In this document: one piece after another, positions 47,789 to 54,454 of the stretch
Layout: each line of letters begins with the position of its first letter
Position numbering within the stretch: position 1 is the stretch's first letter
Program-made: the position numbers and the translations under genes
DNA from: a virus
Lineage: Duplodnaviria > Caudoviricetes
IMG/VR virus record: IMGVR_UViG_3300036668_000246
Coordinates: 1-54,454 of that record
Strand: one strand, 5' to 3'
Length of the DNA stretch: 54,454 nt
The notes under the pieces: generated by a model
What the model saw: only the letters and a program-made list of their open reading frames with translations
The model's database searches: none
Told to the model about the DNA's origin: nothing

Positions 47789-49555
47789 TTAGGCCTCTGG
47801 CTCTGCTAGTGGTGGCGCTGTATCAGCGGGGTTTAGAGTGGAATCTTCAACCTGCTCTGAACCGTCTACTTCTGCTGCGGGGGCTTCACCCTGCAATAGT
47901 GAATCAATTTCTGGAGGTATTGCTGCCCCTGTGGCTTCTGAGGCATTTGATCGCACCTGTTGCATCATATCGGGGGCTACAGCAGTTAACATTGCCTCTG
48001 TAAGCTCAGGTGTTACTTGACCTTTTTGAATGATCAACCTGAGGGCCAGTTCCTTAGGGTCAGGCGCATCTGCATCCGAGAATCCATGGGCCCTACGCCA
48101 AGTACTGTAAGAAATGGCTAATTTATCAAAACCAGCATCTGCATCTGTTGCGCGATCATTACGAGTAGCAACCTGTGATGGGTCGTACCAGATACAGACC
48201 TTAGAAACTTCTTCTTCAGAGTAACCGTTGGCAATTAGGTATGGACGCAAGTAAACAACATTTATAGCATCAACGATTAGCAACATCAAAGGCTCTATGT
48301 GAGCTTTGTAGAGGCTTTCATCAATCTGTAAGGCGTTAGAGTATTTAACGTTGGCAAGTCCCGTCACAATGTCTTTGGGGACGTCTAGGCCCTGCATGAT
48401 ACGCTCTAGAACACGGTCGGAGCGCTCAGCTAGTGCTGGGTCGAACGAACGTTCGAACTTAAACTGCTTGATCTTGTCGCCAAGCTCTGCTGGACCACGG
48501 ATAATCAAAGGAACGATAGCAGACGCGGAGTCTTCATCCTTGATCGGGGTGGTCATTGCATCGATTAGTTGATCTTCGAAGTCGTCTGCGGCCTCTTCGG
48601 GGTTAAACTGCTCGTTGTAGTTACCTTCTTCATCATATGGGTAGTCGGGGTCAGGCGATGCAGCGACCGATAGACCATCAGGTAGATAAAGAGCACCAGC
48701 GTTGAGACGAGATCTTGCAGTCGCACGGAAAGTCCTATTCAGTAGTAGTAGTTCGGCACAAAGGTCCAGTAGACCTCTTAGGGATGAGTCAGACTCCTGG
48801 CTGTAACGAGGGTGAGCCCTCCAAATTCGGCCAACAAATGCCCCCTTCGGGAGAAGAATTGCATCAAGGTTACCCTGTGACATCATCGAAGCGACCCCTC
48901 CACCAACATCGCGGCGAGGATTAATTATATAGTTACCTTTTTGATCTATCTGCAGCTCATCGGTTGACCGGACGTCCCATGATTCAGGAAGACCCGACCC
49001 GAGGCGCTCTGGAATCTGAACCAGGTAGCATTCTCCGGTAACTTGCAAGTTTAGGGCGGCATCTTTCAAAAGACCAGGCTGTCCACCGTAGGCGGAACTT
49101 AGGCGGTCAAGGGCTCGCTCGGCAGCTGCAGCTAGGCGAGGGTCTACAGACTCTACGTCTTGAATAGGAGACGGTGCTTCGCTTGGATTGCCAACTGCAG
49201 CTGGATATAGACGAATTCTTGAGACAACAGACGCAACTAGGTTAAAAGCGTACTTGATTTCGCCAATTGCGTCGTAGTACTCCCATGCTTCCGACTGCCA
49301 AGCGAATGCAGCAGACTGCCTGCGAGACTTAAAACGCTCAGCTTCGGTTTTATCGTCTAATTTTACCTGTGAGGCAGCTGCAGTCATGGCCCGCGGTGCA
49401 TTAAAAGCCTGAGGCTCAGCGTAAACTATTCCAAAGGCATCTACTGACACACCCGGGGCAACCCGAGTAGAGTTTTTTGGGGAACTAGCACGAATAGTTG
49501 GGCTAGTTGCCCAATCGTTAGTCGATTTTGCCGGTTCTTTCTTAAAAATACCCAA
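47789..49555 (-). CDS. Portal protein
   Basis: WQSEAWEYYDAIGEIKYA...SRIRLY, NLQVTGECYL, RIWRAHP, GLDVPK; position between terminase and head genes. Confidence 0.88.
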   Translation of the reverse strand: MGIFKKEPAKSTNDWATSPTIRASSPKNSTRVAPGVSVDAFGIVYAEPQAFNAPRAMTAAASQVKLDDKTEAERFKSRRQSAAFAWQSEAWEYYDAIGEIKYAFNLVASVVSRIRLYPAAVGNPSEAPSPIQDVESVDPRLAAAAERALDRLSSAYGGQPGLLKDAALNLQVTGECYLVQIPERLGSGLPESWDVRSTDELQIDQKGNYIINPRRDVGGGVASMMSQGNLDAILLPKGAFVGRIWRAHPRYSQESDSSLRGLLDLCAELLLLNRTFRATARSRLNAGALYLPDGLSVAASPDPDYPYDEEGNYNEQFNPEEAADDFEDQLIDAMTTPIKDEDSASAIVPLIIRGPAELGDKIKQFKFERSFDPALAERSDRVLERIMQGLDVPKDIVTGLANVKYSNALQIDESLYKAHIEPLMLLIVDAINVVYLRPYLIANGYSEEEVSKVCIWYDPSQVATRNDRATDADAGFDKLAISYSTWRRAHGFSDADAPDPKELALRLIIQKGQVTPELTEAMLTAVAPDMMQQVRSNASEATGAAIPPEIDSLLQGEAPAAEVDGSEQVEDSTLNPADTAPPLAEPEA

Positions 49556-49573
49556 GACGGGCTCCCTGTCTGT

Positions 49574-49864
49574 TTAGCGTTCTATCCAAGCGGAAATAAT
49601 TCCAATCATGGCGGATATAGCCAAGATTAATGATACCACAAACGTAAGTTGAGGTAAAATTGATGCTCCGGCGACAAAAATACCTGCCATCCAGAACCCT
49701 GTACACCAGTTACAAGTGATTAAGTACCCGATCTTAGTTCTTGGTGGGAACTTTGACCAAACTTTATTGCGAAATCCATCCGCAATGGCGTCAGTTGTGA
49801 TCAAATGAGTTGCACGGTAAGCTCCAAGAGCAAGAATTACAAAAGTAAACGCATCTATAGTCAT
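49574..49864 (-). CDS. DUF1360-like membrane protein
   Basis: LGAYRATHLITTDAI....R, YLITCNWCTGFW; hydrophobic helices. Confidence 0.75.
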   Translation of the reverse strand: MTIDAFTFVILALGAYRATHLITTDAIADGFRNKVWSKFPPRTKIGYLITCNWCTGFWMAGIFVAGASILPQLTFVVSLILAISAMIGIISAWIER

Positions 49865-50223
49865 TAGTCCTCCATCGAATTAATTGTATTGTATGGATTC
49901 CAGCCACGAAGGCGAGAACCGCATCCGCAGCCTGTATCTTTCTTAAATGCTAGCATCTTTCCGGATGATGTGACAACAAAAGAATCTTTTGTGACCTCTT
50001 TTGATGGAATAAACTCAGTATATCGCTCTCTAAAGACGATTTGTGGCCCTTCCGGAGCGTCTTTTGCGACAATAACATGATCTTCAGTGACAATGACTCT
50101 AGTTATTTCTAAATACGTTGCGCCCCCGGTGGGCTCGTAGCTTCGGAGTGTAGTCACATCGTCATACTGGCCAGTACCAGCAGCAACCAAGTGGCATGGA
50201 AACCTATCCATTAGGACCTTCAT
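49864..50223 (-). CDS. Hypothetical protein
   Basis: Start revised to ATG 50223, 1 nt after the terminase stop; C-terminal GCGCGSRLRGWNP. Confidence 0.6.
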   Translation of the reverse strand: MKVLMDRFPCHLVAAGTGQYDDVTTLRSYEPTGGATYLEITRVIVTEDHVIVAKDAPEGPQIVFRERYTEFIPSKEVTKDSFVVTSSGKMLAFKKDTGCGCGSRLRGWNPYNTINSMED

Positions 50224-50224
50224 G

Positions 50225-53200
50225 CTACCTGACCCTAAATACGCGACCAACATTGCCAGTATTTGGTCTAGCGACACCCATTTTACGATCTGCGAGGCTT
50301 TTTGCACGTAATTTACCACCAGAAAAGCCCGGCGGGGGTTTAATTAGCAGCGCGGTCATGGCGTGAACCATTGCATCGATGCGGTCAGGGGATTTACCTT
50401 CTCCTGGGATCCAAGAGTACATTTGAGATTCTAGTTCTGGGAGGTAATTTACGTGGTGGACACGTCCTTGCTCGTATGCAAGAAGAATTGGTTCTGCTCT
50501 TAGCTGTTTTCCGTACTTAGAGTGGACCTCGAGGACTTTGACGCTGGGGTCAATAGAGTTAATTGCGTTTCGTACGAGTGCGCCACCTTGATTAACTTCG
50601 GCAACAACGGGACAACCCCACTTGCGAGCCATTTCCACAACTTTACGGGCCCAGGTATCTGGGGAACCATGAATTGAAGCGTCCTCAAGAACCCAAGCAT
50701 GACGCTTGTATAAATCGTGCTCTGCAGTCGATGCGCAGACAACAATACCGCACTCGTCGCGGGGGTTCTCAGCGACCGAAGGGTCAACGCCGATAACACG
50801 TAACGGAGTAGACGCAGGGTAATTAGTGTGTCTAGCTGCTTCAACTAGCTCTTCGTTCCACATTGCGCCTTCTAGGTCGTCAAGCATCTCTCCATAGAGC
50901 TCTTGTCGAGCTAGAGATGTGCCTTCGTAGACGCCCATAATAGTCTCAAGATATGCGCCGGAGAGGTTTCCAGCGTTATCCATTGTGGAACCTTTTGTGA
51001 CAACTACCTTTGCGGCAGTCGCCCTATCTGTGCGAGATTCTTCAATAAGTTTGTAGAGAAGCGGAGTACGCTTAGGGGTGGTGGTCGCCAATATCTGTGG
51101 GTTCTTACCAAGACGAGTACCGACTCGTAAGTTGTCAAAAGCAGTCATGCCCGCAGCGTCTGGGGTCTGCCGCCAAGCGGCAACTTCGTCGCCCCATGCG
51201 TGACTATTGGACGTCGGGATCAGACCTTCACCTGCAAGATAGAGGTGACTTGCAGAGTCAACGGTTATACATCTCATGAATTTTGGAGTGGTTGGGTCGA
51301 TAGACACAATAGAGTGCTGAGTAGACTGATACTTCCACTCATACTTAGCTTTAGCTAACTTACGTGGATTACGCACGAGGGGGAAGGTGGAGTTAACTTG
51401 GACGTACCAAGCCTCTTTACTATAGACTCCGGCCCGCTCCCTAGGTTTCCGATAGTAGACCTTAGGTACCAGACCTAAACTCCTAGCAAGTTCTATGTAT
51501 CCATCGATTAGTACCTTATTTGTGTTATAGAACCTGAAAGCACCATTTGGCTCAACGCCGCCGTCAGAGTCAGTCAGTCCCTGTAGTAGAGAGAGGCGAT
51601 CTTCTGCTGACGCCCTTAAGTAGATCTCGGGAACATGCTTGTTGTTGTACAGACCCAACTCCCTCCAAGGAGCTATCAAGTCAGCAGCCCAAACGTGATC
51701 TTTATTCATGTCTCTACTGGCTAAGCCTGAACGCCCTAACTCCTCTAAAAGCCATGATTTGTCATCTGTGTGGGTAGCAATGTAACTAGGAGCAGCGCTC
51801 GCGCCATCTCCTAGAACTAGTCCAAGCACCCAAGGGTCGATTGGTAGAGGCTCAGTGGATACTACATACTCTACCGCTTTTGTTGCAGGGATGTACAAGC
51901 GTCTTTTGGTATTTGCACGTAGCTGGTTAGTGTCTTTTACTTGATGATTAGTGGACTCTCTGCCAAACCGGTCAGTTGCCCATGTCTCAGGGATAACCCC
52001 ATCAAAGTGAGTGGTAACGTAGCGAAGGTCGGTGTTTGTGAGAACCTTCCACCTGTGCTTGCCGTCTGCGTCAATGTGCGTTCCGTTTGAGAAGTTCAAC
52101 CTGTAGCTGTCTAGGGCCAGCTCAATCTCGTGGACTGCCGTCACATTGCAGGGGCTACCTAACTCATCGAATACAACATCTCCTACCTGTAGGTCTCCCA
52201 TAGTTGACCATCCAGTAGGTGTAGGCACAGGGGTAGCAATGTCCAGCCTAAATTGCGGTCCACGCAAACCATCAGGTTCGTCGGCAGTGAAGAGGGTTGC
52301 AGTGTTACCATTCGGCCAAGTCAGACGTCTTTTAGACGGCTCGTAGTGTGGCTTCTCTGAAGGAGGGGAGATGTTTATGATTCCGGAATTGTGAGTTTTT
52401 ATGTAGCTCTCAGTAATTAGGAAGGTGTGATCAGAGGAATCTACAGCTATACATCTAACGGGTACGCTCTCTGTGGGAGAGACGGACTTCACGTACCTCC
52501 ACTTTTCTTCTGACCTATATTTCTTCAGACTGGCTGCTTTTCGAGTCAAAGAAGCCACAGGTAGTGACGTTGTGAAAGTTATACGATATGCGTCAGACGC
52601 AGTGTAGGTTTTGCCATTTGGTGCGGCTACCTGCCTACCACCGAGGCGAAATTTTACACCTCCGTGCTTTATCCCGAGCGTGGAAACTAATCTAGCGACA
52701 TCGTTAATAAGAGTTTTATTTGTATTGTCAAACTCTATCTGACCCCTCTTGGATACACTGCCATCCGAGTCTATAAGTCCCTGAAGGAGCGACATCCTCT
52801 GGTCGATACTTGAGTGAAAGTATGACTCTGGGATGTGTTTATTTTGTATAAGATTGTTTAACTTAAGAGCCCGATTAAGTCCATCCGTGACCCCAAAAGT
52901 ATAGATAGTCTTATTGTCGGTAGTAGTGTAACCTTCGGAGTCAATTCGAGCACGCACTTCCGGTTGGTCGTCAGTGTGACTGGTGATAGTGGCAGACTTT
53001 GCCGTACCGTCCCCAAGCCACATCCCGAGGGTATATGGACCGATTGGCAGAGAAGCATCCTGCCCTACAACAGCAGCTATGCGGATTCCATGATTAGAGT
53101 TGAGGTAGCCATTTAAAGTTTTCTGGGTATTGTGCAGCTCTTCGGTAGTCCTAACGCCTTGGTACGTGTTTGGCATTCTCTGCTCGTAACTACGCTCTAC

Positions 53201-53716
53201 ATGAGTAGAAGTCAGCCATTTGTGGTTAGCATCTGCAACCACTTCAGTACCTGATATGTCTAACTTGTAGCAAGGTCGATTGTTTAGTACTGAAAAAACG
53301 TGAGTTACTTTACATGGGTTGCCGTCGCCGCCTATGACGATGTCGCCCACTTTTACGTCTGCCATAGACACAAAACCAGTAGGAGTAGCTATTTTAGTGT
53401 CTAGCGCTAAAGCTTCTCCCTCGACGATTACGTCTCGAACGTCAGCAGCAGTACGAGCAACAAGTGCAAACCGACGTTGACCTTCAGTTGTGTACTTTGC
53501 CGTCTCGCGAACCCACTCGGAGGCCATTCTGGTTTTTCCAAATCCACGCCCGGCAAGAACCAACCAAACATTCCAGTCGTCGCTAGGGGGAAGCTGCTCG
53601 GGGCGCGCCCAGACATTCCAGTCCCAGAGTAGGGCGTCTGGATCAATCCCCTCTAGTGCAGCAGCCTGCTCCTCTGGAGGGAGCATAGCAATAAGTTCCA
53701 TAATACTTTTACTCAT
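50225..53716 (-). CDS. terL: Terminase large subunit precursor with two inteins (473 aa after splicing)
   Basis: Walker A AGRGFGKT, LRGPQF|SHAWGDE (Walker B), TTTP, VIGVDPS, AEVNQGG, SPDRIDA. Confidence 0.95.
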   Translation of the reverse strand: MSKSIMELIAMLPPEEQAAALEGIDPDALLWDWNVWARPEQLPPSDDWNVWLVLAGRGFGKTRMASEWVRETAKYTTEGQRRFALVARTAADVRDVIVEGEALALDTKIATPTGFVSMADVKVGDIVIGGDGNPCKVTHVFSVLNNRPCYKLDISGTEVVADANHKWLTSTHVERSYEQRMPNTYQGVRTTEELHNTQKTLNGYLNSNHGIRIAAVVGQDASLPIGPYTLGMWLGDGTAKSATITSHTDDQPEVRARIDSEGYTTTDNKTIYTFGVTDGLNRALKLNNLIQNKHIPESYFHSSIDQRMSLLQGLIDSDGSVSKRGQIEFDNTNKTLINDVARLVSTLGIKHGGVKFRLGGRQVAAPNGKTYTASDAYRITFTTSLPVASLTRKAASLKKYRSEEKWRYVKSVSPTESVPVRCIAVDSSDHTFLITESYIKTHNSGIINISPPSEKPHYEPSKRRLTWPNGNTATLFTADEPDGLRGPQFRLDIATPVPTPTGWSTMGDLQVGDVVFDELGSPCNVTAVHEIELALDSYRLNFSNGTHIDADGKHRWKVLTNTDLRYVTTHFDGVIPETWATDRFGRESTNHQVKDTNQLRANTKRRLYIPATKAVEYVVSTEPLPIDPWVLGLVLGDGASAAPSYIATHTDDKSWLLEELGRSGLASRDMNKDHVWAADLIAPWRELGLYNNKHVPEIYLRASAEDRLSLLQGLTDSDGGVEPNGAFRFYNTNKVLIDGYIELARSLGLVPKVYYRKPRERAGVYSKEAWYVQVNSTFPLVRNPRKLAKAKYEWKYQSTQHSIVSIDPTTPKFMRCITVDSASHLYLAGEGLIPTSNSHAWGDEVAAWRQTPDAAGMTAFDNLRVGTRLGKNPQILATTTPKRTPLLYKLIEESRTDRATAAKVVVTKGSTMDNAGNLSGAYLETIMGVYEGTSLARQELYGEMLDDLEGAMWNEELVEAARHTNYPASTPLRVIGVDPSVAENPRDECGIVVCASTAEHDLYKRHAWVLEDASIHGSPDTWARKVVEMARKWGCPVVAEVNQGGALVRNAINSIDPSVKVLEVHSKYGKQLRAEPILLAYEQGRVHHVNYLPELESQMYSWIPGEGKSPDRIDAMVHAMTALLIKPPPGFSGGKLRAKSLADRKMGVARPNTGNVGRVFRVR
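51206..52249 (-). mobile_element. Class 3 intein with LAGLIDADG endonuclease (intein 2, 348 aa, aa 490-837)
   Basis: Starts RLDIATPVPTPTGW, block B DADGKHRW, LAGLIDADG helices LGLVLGDG and LQGLTDSDG, block F MRCITV, ends IPTSN|S. Confidence 0.9.
52388..53413 (-). mobile_element. Class 3 intein with LAGLIDADG endonuclease (intein 1, 342 aa, aa 102-443)
   Basis: Starts ALALDTKIATPTG, block B ADANHKW, LGMWLGDG and LQGLIDSDG, block F VRCIAV, ends IKTHN|S. Confidence 0.92.
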
Positions 53717-53728
53717 GGTTACAGTCTA
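53717..53728 (-). promoter_or_regulatory. Leaderless-type -10 element for the terminase gene
   Basis: TAGACT 6 nt before the ATG. Confidence 0.45.
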
Positions 53729-53736
53729 TCTCTTTC

Positions 53737-54453
53737 TCACTTAGGTCGGTAGAGCATCTCTTCAGTGTATGCGCCTTCACCGGAGGATGGGTCAGTTAGG
53801 AGGTCCTTGGCCTTAACTTTTATAGAGATTACCTTGCCACCTCCAGAGTAGTCTTTTGCAAGTTGGGGCAGCGTAGTTACCCAATCGCCCGAAACAATTG
53901 AGTCGGCATCTGTGGGGACTCCTCTGTAGATTGTGATCTCTTCTTCAGGGTCAAAGCCTAAGTCAGTTAGAGGCGTGTCTTCAGCGGCATTGGACGAACT
54001 GTCAGAAGTTCTTTGTCCTGGGTCGTACTCGTTAAAAATGCCTGTCTTTGTCTCTTTAGGCTTGTAGTCCCTGCTCTTGTGAGTCATAAAAGGCTCCCCG
54101 CTCAACTCTTGTAGCGTTGAAAGCATTTTCATGGTGTTATCAAAACGATCATTTTTATAAGTCGCGTTCTCTCCTACCGTTTCCGATGAGAATATTTTAG
54201 CCGCGTCCAGCCCAATCTTACCGTTATCCAACTCAACAAATAAACTTTTTATATTTGCAAAACTAAGAGTGTTGCCGGAGTTTTTATAGTCTTCGTATGA
54301 CCCGTCCCCGTGGAGTTGCTCGAACTTGGATTTAATTGCTGATGCCTCGAGGCCATACTTATCCAAGAAGTCTGTAAGCGTTTCACCCAGCGGTTCCACC
54401 TCATGGAAATCAAAGGCTCCAGCAACGCTAAAGTGACGATAAGGAGTTCCGCC
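53737..54453 (-). CDS. C-terminal fragment of a protein ending in an ADP-ribosyltransferase-like domain; 5'-truncated
   Basis: Frame open to the window edge; ITIYRGVP...GDWVTT....AKDY...VISIKVKAKDL...EEM pattern. Confidence 0.55.
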   Translation of the reverse strand, partial: GGTPYRHFSVAGAFDFHEVEPLGETLTDFLDKYGLEASAIKSKFEQLHGDGSYEDYKNSGNTLSFANIKSLFVELDNGKIGLDAAKIFSSETVGENATYKNDRFDNTMKMLSTLQELSGEPFMTHKSRDYKPKETKTGIFNEYDPGQRTSDSSSNAAEDTPLTDLGFDPEEEITIYRGVPTDADSIVSGDWVTTLPQLAKDYSGGGKVISIKVKAKDLLTDPSSGEGAYTEEMLYRPK

Positions 54454-54454
54454 C

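Overview
This window is about 54 kb of a tailed dsDNA bacteriophage with a siphovirus-type tail module, very probably infecting an actinobacterium (WhiB gene, TANNNT leaderless-type promoters, a head module resembling cluster B-like actinobacteriophages). Both ends cut through genes. A long minus-strand block reads right to left: an ADP-ribosyltransferase-like ORF fragment, terminase large subunit carrying two class 3 inteins, portal, Dps, several large head-associated multidomain proteins, maturation protease fusion, two capsid-like proteins, major tail protein, adaptor/terminator, tail chaperones, tape measure, Dit and tail-tip proteins. It continues into DNA polymerase A, RuvC-like resolvase, SNF2 helicase, Cas4-like nuclease, AAA ATPase, SSB and WhiB. 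A plus-strand block at the left encodes a collagen-like fibre, an Ig-repeat protein, primase-helicase, two glycosyltransferases and a metallophosphoesterase. The most notable observations are: (1) a second, apparently programmed -1 frameshift (C CCA AAA, stop codon, 8-bp hairpin) that would append a 467-aa HEXXH metallopeptidase module to a 958-aa head-region protein; (2) two class 3 inteins only 46 aa apart in the terminase, one starting with Arg and ending Ser-Asn; (3) an intact type-1 copper motif inside the collagen fibre; (4) a possible fibre-glycosylation system; (5) Dps embedded in the head operon; (6) a recurrent candidate protease-cleavage motif across head proteins. I found no tRNA, rRNA, CRISPR array, integrase or lysin. 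All functional calls come from motif recognition by eye, without database searches.
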